Below, piece after piece: positions 14,596-26,239 of a stretch of DNA of 37,054 bases (the stretch's first letter is position 1; each line of letters opens with the position of its first letter). Both the position numbers and the translations under genes were made by a program. Below the pieces are notes generated by a model. That model made no database searches. It saw nothing but the letters and a program-made list of their open reading frames with translations, and was not told where the DNA came from. The DNA is from Octopus sinensis. Its lineage: Eukaryota. Where the stretch lies: positions 1 to 37,054 of the forward strand of contig NW_021836826.1 in assembly GCF_006345805.1 (NCBI RefSeq), given 5' to 3'.

Positions 14596-15015
14596 TATAC
14601 ACATGTCTATGCGTGTGTGTGTGTATCTGTGGCATTGGTAAATCTTTAGTTTAAAGTAAAATTGTTTTTATAAGAACTCGACATAAAAGCAAATATCAGC
14701 ATATATATGTGTATGTGTATGTGTATGTGTGCGTGAGTGTGTATGTAGTACTGTATAAATATGCATGTATATGTGTATCTACAAAAGCGCATGTGCATAT
14801 AACATACTTATACACATATATATCCACTTTCTCTCGGAGACAATTGCCTGTAGATAGATGTATATGTTTGCTGCATGTATATGTATGTGTACGTGTGTAC
14901 AGATGAAAGATATTCTAATCTACGTTGACAAATGTCTATGCATATAAGTATAAATATATGTACATTCAGAGAGCCATAAATATGCATACACACACAGTCA
15001 CACAGACATACACAA

Positions 15016-15016
<1 letters not shown>

Positions 15017-15095
<79 letters not shown>

Positions 15096-15217
15096 GTCTG
15101 TCTGTCTATCTATCTGTCTGTCTGTCTGTCTGTATGTATGTATGTCTGTCTCTCTGTATGTATGTATGTATGTCTGTCTATCTATCTTATCTATCTATCT
15201 GTCTGTATGTCTGTCTG

Positions 15218-15313
<96 letters not shown>

Positions 15314-15316
15314 CCA

Positions 15317-15395
<79 letters not shown>

Positions 15396-15408
15396 CATCT
15401 ATCTATAT
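15017..15408. repeat. (TCTA)n/(TCTG)n tetranucleotide array
   Basis: Read directly; source of the LSIY ORFs. Confidence 0.95.
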
Positions 15409-16377
15409 ACTTCATATTACTCGTCTCTCCAAAAGCTTATCCATCCATCCAGCAATCTATCTATGTATCAGATATACATACAAGTGTAGACATATGCCAA
15501 TTAATTAATAGTTACAGTTTGAGCGTGTTTTTTCCTTCTTCTTTCTATTTAAATATGCATATATACAAGCATGGATGCATGAGTAAATGCACTCATGCGG
15601 ATTAAGGTGCATTAAATTGCTTACTGGGACAAACATGTGTTTCTTTAAGCATGTATTTTTGTAATGCATAATATACATAGCTAACTTGCATGAGAACAGA
15701 TTCTCTGTAATAACTACTGACATGTTGTGTTTGAATAGTTGTGTATATTTGATTGAGTGTACGTAGAGCTGTGCATGTATTTGAGTGTACGTACAGCTGT
15801 GTGTGTGTATCTACGCGTACAGCAGCGTGTGTAGTTGTAGGCCTGTTGAACAACAAACAAGCATATCCACTACAAACGTGTAGGATCAAGATGTATTCAA
15901 GTAACCTCTCTTAAATGAGATAGTCCTGTTTTATTTCAAATGTATTTCAGTAAACACTGATGTTAAGAGAATACTGACATGGCTACTTAACAAATTCTCC
16001 TTAACCATAGTAAATCAGCTTCACAAGCTATATAGAAAGACATCTGTTGGAGGTTACTGAAGTTGATAATTTGATGAATCTTTACATATAATCTCGCATA
16101 AAACCGTAATGGTTTCTGGAGTGGCATTGTTGTAAATAAACTTTTAATGATGGGATATTTTCTAAAAGAAATTCAGGATTCAGAATCATTGAATATGAAG
16201 TAAGTTCCACTTATCCTTCAGTCGAATCTATTACCGGTTCCTGTTTCAAGTTCTCGTAAGACATTTACTTTGTACGCCACTGATGCTCTAGAAGCAGATG
16301 TGAAATCTCTGCTCTTAAATCTATCCGCACTCGCCGACCCTTTACCAAATGTTTTTGAGCTCACAGAAGCTATTATA

Positions 16378-16951
16378 TTGGGTTGTCCGGAAAGTTCATG
16401 CCGATTTTCAAAGGAAAGAAAAAGGTCAATAAATACTTGCCATTACCCAAGTTTTACCAGGTGCTCATGAGCTGCGGATTTTGATAGGTTGAGGCTTTCT
16501 GCCAATTCTCGGGTTGTGCAATGTGGGTTATTCTCAATTAATGACTTGATTTGGTCATCATCTGTAGTGGATGGTCTGCCTGATCGCTCTTTATCAATAA
16601 GGCTACAATCTCCAGCTCGGAACCTTGCGAACCACTTCCGTTCAGTTCTTTCGGATAAAGAAACATTACCGTAAACTGCGCATATTTCTTTGGTTGCTTG
16701 TGAGGCATTTTTCCCTTTACGGAAAAAGAAAAGCATCAAGTGCCGAAAATGAAATTTCTTATCTTCCATTTTAAAGGGTTACAGAATTATCAGAGGTTAT
16801 AGGAACATAAACCTTCTTCCACGCAAAGATAGCTTAAACTGTGCTCTAAATGGAGGTGTAGTCAAACTCTATTTTCTGGACTCAAACATGTTCTAAAATA
16901 AGTCGAAAGGTAAGCTACTATAAATCGGCACGAACTTTCCGGACAACCCAA
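16378..16951 (-). mobile_element. Internally deleted mariner transposon (574 bp), ~30-bp terminal inverted repeats (TIRs), TA TSD
   Basis: TIR ttgggttgtccggaaagttc(a/g)tgccgattt at both ends; TA at 16376-16377 and 16952-16953. Confidence 0.95.
16443..16769 (-). pseudogene. Truncated mariner transposase (N-terminal HTH DNA-binding region only, 108 aa)
   Basis: MEDKKFHFRHLMLFFFRKG...WFARFRAGD...RSGRP...TTRELA...HLVKLG is typical of mariner N-termini; no catalytic DD34D domain follows. Confidence 0.9.
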
Positions 16952-17184
16952 TAGTTTTTGTTGTTGTTTTTCTTTCAGTTTCAAAAATGAGATCTGATTG
17001 AAGAGAACAATAATGAAAAGCATTCCAGCATTCACCAAATGCTATATCCAAAATAACATTGTCCCCAGTGGGTGACCAGACAGAGACGTGTCTGCTATTT
17101 CTAGCATGTTAAATAACAGCATAAACGCTTTCCCTATTGTATCTACAGCTCTAGTAAAACAATACACTCTGTCGGTTATTATGA

Positions 17185-17455
17185 CATGGGTTCCAGTTCT
17201 AATCAACGGAACAGCCTGCTCGTGAAATTAACGTGCAGGTGTCTGAGCACTCTACAGACACGCGTACCCTTAACATAGTTCTCGGGGAGATTCAGCGTGA
17301 TACAGAGTGTGACAAGGCTGGCCCTTTGAAATACAGGTACAACAGAAACAAAGAGTGAGAGTAAGTTGTTGTGAAAGAGTACTGCAGGGTTCGCCACCCG
17401 CCCCCTATTAGAGCCTCGTGGAGTTTTAGGTGTTTTTGTTTAATACACACTCAGA
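17185..17455 (-). mobile_element. SINE family E, diverged copy
   Basis: Homologous to 20650-20978. Confidence 0.85.
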
Positions 17456-18057
17456 ACGACTGGTCTGAGCCACTGCGACTTCACAAAACAATATAACAGA
17501 GTAATATGAATGTTTTGAATATAGATACCAGGTAGGTCTAACATTTGGAGGAGAACTGGCAATTGTCTGGAGACTAGTACTTGACTTGTACAATCGACCT
17601 CAGAAAGATGAAAGGCTTTGGTACTGGGGTCAATTTGTTCGACTAAAGACGTGGCTACAGCATGGTCGCTGTCAAATGACTGATAATATATAGATATAGG
17701 CGTAGGAGTGGCTGTGTGGTAAGTAACTTGCTGACAAACCACATGGTAAACAAGGTAAATGAGAGACGGAAGATATTAATACGAGAAATTTTCTTAATCA
17801 CTACAATTATTTCGATACATCTGGCATCAATCCCTCGCGGCTGGGTTACTTAACTACTGGTCCAGGAGCATCCGACGATGTAGATGTGTCTCTTCGTGTG
17901 ATAAAAAGATATAATTCGTTAAAAAAAGCAGTTCCGCCATGTATCTTCTCATTTCATGTAAATAAAAGCAGCAAATTATATATATATGCGTGTATTCGCG
18001 TGTATGTATGTGTGTGATTTTGTATGTGAATTTATACACTCACAATTATATATATAA

Positions 18058-18458
18058 TTCTTTTACTCTTTTACTTGTTTCAGTCATTTGACTGCGGCCA
18101 TGCTGGAGCACCGCATTTTTAGTCGAGCAAATCGACCCCGGGACTTATTCTTTGTAAGCCCAGTACTTATTCTATTGCCAAACCGCTAAGTGACGGGGAC
18201 GTAAACACACCAGCATCAGTTGTCAAGCGATGCTAGGGGGACAAACACAGACACACAAACACATACACACACACACATTTATATATACGTATATACGACA
18301 GGCTTCTTTCAGTTTTCGTCTACCAAATCCACTCACAAGGCATTGGTCGGCCCGGGGCTATAGCAGAAGACACTTGCCCAAGATGCCACGCAGTGGGACT
18401 GAACCCGGAACCATGTGGTTGGTTAGCAAGCTACTTACCACACAGCCACTCCTGCGCC
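18058..18458 (-). mobile_element. SINE family B, full length
   Basis: Head ggcgcaggagtggctgtgtggtaag, internal (TA)/(TG) tract, tail gtaaaagagtaaaa. Confidence 0.93.
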
Positions 18459-18508
18459 TACACATACAATTATATATTTATACACATACTTATATATTTA
18501 TACACATA

Positions 18509-18679
18509 GGCGCAGGAGTGGCTGTGTGGTAAGTAGCTTGCTAACCATCCACATGGTTGCGGGTTCAGTCCCACTGCGTGGCATCTTGGGCAAGTGTCTT
18601 CTGCTATAGCCCCGGGCCGACCAATGCCTTGTGAGTGGATTTGGTAGATGGAAACTGAAAGAAGCCTGTTGTATATATG

Positions 18680-18713
<34 letters not shown>

Positions 18714-18936
18714 TATGTGTGTGTATGTTTATGTGTCTGTGTTTGACCCCCTAGCATTGCTTGACAACCGATGCTGGTGTGTTTACGTCCCCGTCACTTT
18801 GCGTTCGGCAAAAGAGACCGATAGAATAAGTACTGGGCTTACAAAGAATAAGTCCCGGGTCGATTTGCTCGACTAAAGGCGGTGCTCCAGCATGGCCGCA
18901 GTCAAATGACTGAAACAAGTAAAAGAGTAAAAGAGT
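18509..18936 (+). mobile_element. SINE family B, full length, head-to-head with the previous copy
   Basis: Same head, body and (GTAAAAGA)n tail; heads are about 50 bp apart. Confidence 0.93.
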
Positions 18937-19625
18937 ATACGATTATATCCACCCCAAAATTTCCCCACTTAAGTTTTATGTCGTAGAAGGATGAACGGCA
19001 ACATTTGAATTCAGAACGTTTTTTAAGATTGAGCTAATCAGCTGCTGTAACCAGGTGCGTTATAATGCTTATAAAAAAATTGGTTTTTCTGAAAACAAAC
19101 TACGAAAGGTAAAAACAAAATCGAAAGAGCATTATATTTATGTATACATTAGTAATATTTGCCTGGATTTGTGTTCATAGAGTGTGCATGTGTATGTGTT
19201 TGTGCGCGCGTGTGTGTGTAGTTTCGTTTGCCTCTGTGTGTGTGAATGTGTCTTTGTTTTCCTCTGTGTGTATGTGAGTGTGTATGTGTGTTTGTGTGTA
19301 TGCGGTTATTTATAAAATCTTCTGGTCTGTATTCTGCAGAATAGGAGGTAGTTTCCAGGTGAAACAGTGAAACAATTTATGGTACCTGTGTGCAGAGGAA
19401 TTTTACTGAACATATGCCTTAAAGGAACATTTGTAAAGTCAATATTTAGTATGACATCCGTAAAAGGTAAACGCACCTGAATAGTAAAAAATATCTGACT
19501 CACCTGACTCACCAGAAGACACAAACAAATATGTATGTTATATATGTATATGTGGGTATGTGTACGTATATGTATGTATATTTATAATACGTATGTGTGC
19601 GTGTATATATATATATATATATATA

Positions 19626-19671
<46 letters not shown>

Positions 19672-19901
19672 TGTGTGTGTGTGTCTGAGTGTGTGTATTT
19701 GAGTGCATGTGTGTAGGAATAAATATGTACAGATATATATATGTATATATGTGTATGTATATATATGTATGAACGGCAACGGGAAACTCAGAGTAACAGG
19801 TTTTGTCGAATTTTCTGCTGCTTTAAATAAAGCATATTACTCTAACACTGGTATTTGAGTACTCTTTTTTCCACCTTGTTTCACATTTATGTGTTTACTC
19901 C

Positions 19902-19944
<43 letters not shown>

Positions 19945-20185
19945 GAAAGTGATGGATTGTTGCCAACTTAATGTGGCAGTCCGAGGAAAGGGAAGAATGC
20001 TACTATTGTTTAGCCCCAAGAAACATCGTTTCTAGTTGGCTATGTAACACAAGCGTTCTGTGTCCTTAAGTTTTCAAACAGGGGAGATAAGCACCTCCAC
20101 CCAGCAAAGCCAGTAATCAGAGACTAGTTTCAGAGTCATTGCTCTTCATCAGTCTAGAGTAGCTTGGCTTGTTAGCTGTCGATGC
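19945..20185 (-). mobile_element. Hammerhead-bearing short repeat, putative Penelope-like terminal repeat
   Basis: Minus strand aligns by eye with 2264-2427 (gcacag/gacacag...cgatgtt...tggggcta...gcca.att.ag.tggcaa). Boundaries are approximate. Confidence 0.6.
20119..20155 (-). ncRNA. Minimal type I hammerhead ribozyme motif with an intact core
   Basis: Minus strand: AGA-CTGATGA-AGAG caatga CTCT-GAAA-CTAG-TC-TCT. Helix III is the palindrome ACTAGT; GUC cleavage after position 20122. Confidence 0.75.
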
Positions 20186-20358
20186 TTATTCGACTTTGAA
20201 AACTTACAGAATTTCAAGTGAAATAAATTCACTGATCTACAAAATTAAAAATATTGTTATACAGTAGCAGCACAATAATGTGGTGGTTTGTTGCTCAGAG
20301 AGATTTATAGTCTCTCTCTAAGAGACTTAGAAATGCAATATTTCAAATACATACATTT

Positions 20359-20446
20359 CACTATAAATACACAGCGTGTTGAAACAACCAAAGTAAGCTA
20401 ACAGAAATTTGCTTTCCCCGTTTCAACACGCTGTGTATTGAAAGTG
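20359..20446. other. Isolated hairpin with a perfect 20-bp stem
   Basis: aatacacagcgtgttgaaac (20366-20385) pairs with gtttcaacacgctgtgtatt (20420-20439). Confidence 0.85.
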
Positions 20447-20649
20447 GAAAAAAAGGGAAAAATGTGGTTAGACGATCTAAAGTCTATTTTTTTTAGCATA
20501 CTGGCATAGAAAAAAATTTCTTTTGTCCTTATTTATAATTGTTTATAATTTTTATCTTAAAAGGTATTTTAATATGCTGGCCACTGTTAAGATTTTTTTG
20601 AAAAGTTTTATCCTTATATTAGAAGTATATATAAACACATACACACATG

Positions 20650-20978
20650 GATGGAAGCACTCCGTCGGTTACGACGACGAGGGTTCCGGTTGATCCGATC
20701 AACGGAACAGCCTGCTCGTGAAATTAACGTGCAAGTGGCTGAGCACTCCACAGACACGTGTACCCTTAACGCAGTTCTCGGGGATATTCAGCGCGACACA
20801 GAGTGTGACAAGGCCGGCCCTTTGAAATACAGGTACAACAGAAACAGGAAGTAAGAGTGAGAGAAAGTTGTGGTGAAAGAGTACAGCAGGGATCACCACC
20901 ATCCCCTGCCGGAACCTCGTGGAGCTTTAGGTGTTTTCGCTCAATAAACACTCACAACGCCAGGTCTGGGAATCGAAC
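20650..20978 (-). mobile_element. SINE family E, 5'-truncated at the B box
   Basis: Minus strand starts gttcgattcccagacc; the 5' body is shared with family D; a second copy lies at 17185. Confidence 0.85.
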
Positions 20979-21537
20979 ATACACACATACACACTCATAC
21001 ACACATATGTATGTATATATGCTTACATAAATTAAGATATGGCACAGTAGAATGACAAAAGGAACCTGGGGGAAACAAACAAGAAAAGACTAACATGCAA
21101 TGGGCTTGGACAAGCATATCCACCATGTGTTATATATGCATGTGTACGTATATACGTGTGTGTATGTTTGCGTGTGTGGAGGATACAAGTGTGTACGCGC
21201 GCGAGCGTGTGCATGTGTATATGTGTGAGTGTGTGTGTTTGTTCACGCCAGCTTGTAACAGCCGGTGCTGTTTTGTTTGTGTTCGGTGAAATCGCTGGGC
21301 AGAATAAGTAGCAGGCTGAAAAGAATCCAAAGTAATGAGTCGATTTGGTGGACTAAAAACCCTTCTAGGCAGTACTCCAGCATGGCCGCACACCAGTAAC
21401 TGAACCAAGTAAAAGATAAATAAGAAAAACATGAAAGATCCAGTAATAGGTAAAATAAATGGACTTTTTCCTCGTCTATGGGTGAAAATACAGAGATGAT
21501 AATCAGAGTCTTACAAAGGACGAATAAGAAGAGACCT

Positions 21538-21951
21538 ATTTCTTTACTACCTACAAGAGGTTAAACACAGAGGGAACAAACAAGGACAGACAAATGGATT
21601 AGGTCGATTACATCTACCCCAGTGCGTAACTGGTACTTATTTAATCGACCCCGAAAGGATGAAAGGCAAAGTCGACCTCAGCGGAATTTGAACTCAGAAC
21701 GTAGCGACAGATGAAATACCTATTTCTTTATTACCCACAAGGGGCTAAACACAGAGGGGACAAACAAGGACAGACATAGGTATTAAGTCGATTACATCGA
21801 CCCCCAGTGCGTAACTGGTACTTAATTTATCGACCCCGAAAGGATGAAAGGCAAAGTCGACCTCGGCGGAATTTGAACTCACAACGTAACGGCAGCCGAA
21901 ATACCGCTAAGCATATCACCCGGCGTGCTAACGCTTCTGCCAGCTCGTCGC
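21538..21951 (-). mobile_element. Dimeric SINE family A flanked by a 17-bp TSD
   Basis: cgaataagaagagacct at 21521-21537 and 21952-21968 encloses the head plus two body units. Confidence 0.92.
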
Positions 21952-22574
21952 CGAATAAGAAGAGACCTCCCTACCTTCTCTGTGTAACACAGGAATGAAT
22001 CATAATGCATGAAAGCATAATAGCATTGACAGGAAAGAGGCTTAAGCCTCGATCTTAATCTTGTTTTATGCGAGAAATTTTAGCCACCATATTTACCGCA
22101 AACGACCGGTTTGTGGTTGTAGATCGAACCATTGCGTGCAAGTTAATCTCTTTGCTGTGAAAATAGAGATTGTCTGAATCATAAAGAGCATGAGGTTGAT
22201 TTGAACTGAAAGGAAAAGGAATCTAGACTATAAAATTTCTCAAGAACTGTCTCGCCTTTATGGCGAGGAAATGAAATAATCTTCGTAACTTTATTTAATT
22301 TAACCTTTCACCTCTTTCCTGATTTCTATACCTAAACTCATTTAAACTGTTAATAACGCAATTTTGAACTGAATATATTTTTGATAGAGACATAATTTTC
22401 CATTAAATAGATTTTCAGTAACTGCTCAGAAAGAAAAGAAAAACTGAAAAATCGACACACGTTTACGACATATTAGAATGGAAGACTTTAAATGGATAAA
22501 AAGTTGATTAATGTTGTTATTGTTTGTTGTCCAATATATATGTTTATATATATATATATATATACATATATACA

Positions 22575-22674
<100 letters not shown>

Positions 22675-22748
22675 GTATATAATATATATAATATATATAT
22701 ATATCAATGATAAATCTCAGAGCGAGTTATAAACAGTAGCGGTAACAC

Positions 22749-23026
22749 ATCGTGACGCATATTTGCCATTTGAATATGGCTAACCCTAAAGGTTGATGCT
22801 ACTGTAGTTTGTAGCCCCAGGAAGATATCTCCTCCAGCTGGCTATAGACACACTATCTGTGTCCTCTCAGTATTTGTGAAGGGAAGTCATCCTCCACGTC
22901 TTCAAAGACGGGGAGGATGACTTCCCTTCACAAAATGAGATAGAGATATCTTCCTGGGGCTACAAACTACAGTAGCATCAACCTTTAGGGGTTAGCCATA
23001 TTCAAATGGCAAATATGCGTCACGAT
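22749..23026. mobile_element. Fold-back made of two inverted copies of the hammerhead-family repeat
   Basis: Outer arms 22749-22831 and 22943-23026 are nearly perfect; inner arms tttgtgaagggaagtcatcctcc / ggaggatgacttcccttcacaaa; homologous to 2340-2427. Confidence 0.85.
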
Positions 23027-23039
23027 ATATATATATATA

Positions 23040-23230
23040 TCTATTATATAAAATCCGTTCTGTCTGTCTGTCTATCTGTGTGTCTTCTAGGATCTCGGGC
23101 ATCCTCCATCCGATTGCGCTCAAATTTGATATGGAGATACCGACGGTATCAGGGCATGTATAAATCTTGAAAAAAAAATTACAAAAATCGATTCCAGGTG
23201 AGAATGCGATCGATAAAGTTTTTCTTTGGA
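23040..23230 (+). mobile_element. Non-autonomous Helitron-like 5' end
   Basis: TC start, tctattatataaaa, (CTGT)n, then ccgattgcgctcaaatttg; this layout is typical of short Helitron derivatives (from memory). Confidence 0.55.
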
Positions 23231-23405
23231 ATAGAAAAAAAAATCTTATCTCTATTACTTCTTTTACTCGTGTCTCAAATTTAGGTTAAATCAGTGTTTC
23301 TTAAATGGGAGGCCTATGGGACGGTCGGACAAGTTGTTTTGAGAAAATTTGGTTTAAATGTTTGACAACTCAGCACCGTCTATTTGAAGTGGGGGGCGTT
23401 TTTCT

Positions 23406-23440
<35 letters not shown>

Positions 23441-23455
<15 letters not shown>

Positions 23456-23885
23456 GAAATTATTGTATACAGTGCTCAGGTGCACCACAACTTGTCAGAA
23501 AGTGCATATAAAATACATGCAGTAATGTAGAAATGTCTGGAAAGTGAACAGTGTATGAGTCAGATACATGCTTGCATGTGTATGGAGGGGAGAAAATCAA
23601 GTGTAGTGTTGGCGAATCTCAGGAAGCATGGAAGTTTTGAAGAATGCAGTGCTCCGACAACTAACAACCGATGCCGGCAGTTTGTTCCATGCTTCAGCAA
23701 CTCTCAGCGTGAAAAAATGTTTCCTGAAGTCATGGGAGCTGTGCGGTTTTCTTACTTTGTAAATATGTCCACGGGTGTTAGATGGATGGAGTTTGAAGAG
23801 GTGTTCAGAGTTATTGTTTGTGCGATGGTTGATAATTTTATGGGTGTCTGCCAAGTCAGCTGCCAGCCGTCGGAGTTTCAATATG
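23441..23885 (-). mobile_element. 3' end of a CR1/L2-type LINE with (ATT)n tail
   Basis: ORF 23597..23896 encodes LRRLAADL...TRGHIYKV...RKHFFTLRVAEAWNKLP, the CR1-group ORF2 C-terminus; a 3' UTR and (ATT)n tail follow. Confidence 0.9.
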
Positions 23886-25105
23886 TATAAAATCATATCA
23901 AAGGGAAATGGAAATTAATAGAAATTTTCATTTCCCAAGACTATGTATTACTCATAAAATGCACATTTAAACACATAAGGAATCCACTCATGGGATTCAA
24001 CACGCTAGAAAGAACAGCTAGGTTCTATAACCATAAAATTAGGGATAAAATTCGACAGGAACGAAATGAAAAAGTAAAAACTTTTACCATCTAGTTTCCT
24101 GGACAATTTGGTTTCTGATTTTAGTTTAGCAAGTAAATAACTTTTACTCGCGAGGTGAAATCGTTTTCAACAGGTACACCTTAGATTAAATATAGAAACA
24201 CGAGGCGATCAACTCTGTGCCCCTTGTTTATATATCCTAATTTTTTCAAAATCTACTGCGCAGACGCAGTCCTTCGCCGGCAATAAAAATATACCAACTT
24301 TTAAAAACCGAAAATTATCCAAAAACTTACAATATTTAATCATACACACATACACACACACACACATATATATCAATTAATATATATGATATATGTGTAT
24401 TTATGTGTGTAGGCATGTTTCTGAGCTCGCCTGTGTGTACGTGTGGTATATGTCAACTTTTAAATAAGTTAATAATGTTATTTTTGTGTTTTTAGGGGGC
24501 TTAAATGTTAGAACCCATCTTCTGAAAAAATAAATATCTAGAAAGGAAAAAAACAAATTAGTTCTGAGAATTATTGAATAGTAATTGAAAGATGTAGGAA
24601 GAGCAGATGCAGTAAAGATTTTTATCAGCAGTTGCAAAGATATCAGAGCCTACAAATTGCATCAATTTTAATGTGGGCAAACATCAGCAGCAGCAGCAGG
24701 GGCCAGAGATGGTGTAAAAGACCGATGCAGTAACATCAGCAAGCAGAAACCAAGAATCATTAGGTTCTCGTACAGCAATCAGCAGCATTGGCAATTGCAG
24801 TGATTTCGACATCAGCTGCAGCAACAGTAGGGGATTGTGGTATTAACAAAAGATTACAGTGACACTACCTCAAGTAGTAACAGCAGCAGCAGCACAGCAG
24901 CAGCAGTAGTAGCAGCAGCAGCGGTAACTGTGGCAACAATAACAGCAGGAGTGACTACGTGAAAAATGTTGGTGACGGCTGCCTCTCGTCACCGTTACCA
25001 CACGTATCATAAATAATGCAGTTCCGTCGCTGTTGAGGTGAGAGGGAGAAGAAAGAGATGATGTGATTACGGCAACAGTAAAAGAGAGCATTAGCGGTTG
25101 AGGTG

Positions 25106-25354
25106 CATCATCATGGTCATCATCATCGTCATCATCATCATCATCATCATCGTCATCGTCATCACGATCGTCATCATCATCATTATCATCATCATCGTCA
25201 TCATCATCGTCATCATCGTCATCGTCATCATCATCGTCATCGTCATCATCATCATCATCATCATCATCATCGTCATCGTCACCGTCGTCGTCATCGTCAT
25301 CATCGTCATCATCATCGTCATCATCATCATCATCATCATCATCATCGTCATCAA

Positions 25355-25394
<40 letters not shown>

Positions 25395-25810
25395 GTCATC
25401 ATCATCATCATCATCATCATCATCGTCGTCGTCGTCGTCGTCATCATCATCATCATCATCATCGTCATCGTCATCACGATCGTCATCATCATCATTATCA
25501 TCATCATCGTCATCATCATCGTCATCATCGTCATCGTCATCATCATCGTTATCGTCATCATCATCATCATCATCATCATCATCGTCATCGTCATCGTCAT
25601 CGTCATCATCGTCATCATCATCGTCATCATCATCATCATCATCATCATCACCATCATCATCATCATCGTCATCAACATCATCATCATCGTCATCAACATC
25701 ATCATCATCATCATCATCGTCATCATCATCATCATCATCATCATCATCGTCGTCGTCGTCGTTGTCGTCATCATCATCATCATCATCATCGTTGTCATCA
25801 TCATCTTCCT
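25106..25810. repeat. Compound (CAT)n/(CGT)n array with a 312-bp higher-order duplication
   Basis: The marker cacgatcg at 25163 and 25475 is followed by the same variant order. Confidence 0.92.
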
Positions 25811-26004
25811 CATCACCAGCAGTAGCAGCAACAACAATATTGTAGTAGTAGTAGTAGTGGTCGTGGTGGTTGTGGTGGAGGAGTGGTGGTGTTAGTGGTG
25901 CTAGTGGTGTGGATATGTGAAAGTAGTAGTCGTGATGGTGTAGTGACGGTAGTAGTAGTAGTGGTGGTGGTGGTGGTGGTTGTAGTTTCTAAGTCTTTTG
26001 AGTC

Positions 26005-26175
26005 ACTAGTCACTGGATGCAGGCTTAGCTTGGTGGGGGTGCTTATCTCCCTCTTGAAAACATAAGGGCACAGGAAATGTGTCAAGGCCGACAGGAAGCG
26101 TTGTTGCTTCCTAGAGCTAAATAGCAGTAGTATTATCCCCTTCATGGGACTGTCACATTCAGTTGACAGTATACA
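26005..26175 (+). mobile_element. Fourth copy of the hammerhead-family repeat, catalytic core lost
   Basis: ACTAGT-C at 26005-26011, then ggtgcttatctccc...gcacag...tagagcta, matching the minus-strand copy at 19945-20185. Confidence 0.6.
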
Positions 26176-26239
26176 ATTAATTAATATTGTTTTCTCTTTA
26201 CTGCATAGATGTTTTGCAAACAACTTGCACATGCAAGTG

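Noticed and set aside
16220-17120. Open frames on both strands spanning the mariner insertion site, with splice-like signals nearby
   Set aside because: No recognisable protein, early stops in alternative frames, and no coherent exon could be defined.
24250-24280. actgcgcagacgcagt, an NRF1-like promoter word
   Set aside because: A single imperfect motif with no CpG island or downstream exon.
25091-25895. 240-265-aa poly-His, poly-Met and poly-Ile ORFs
   Set aside because: Stop-free frames of a (CAT)n array with no domain or splice evidence.
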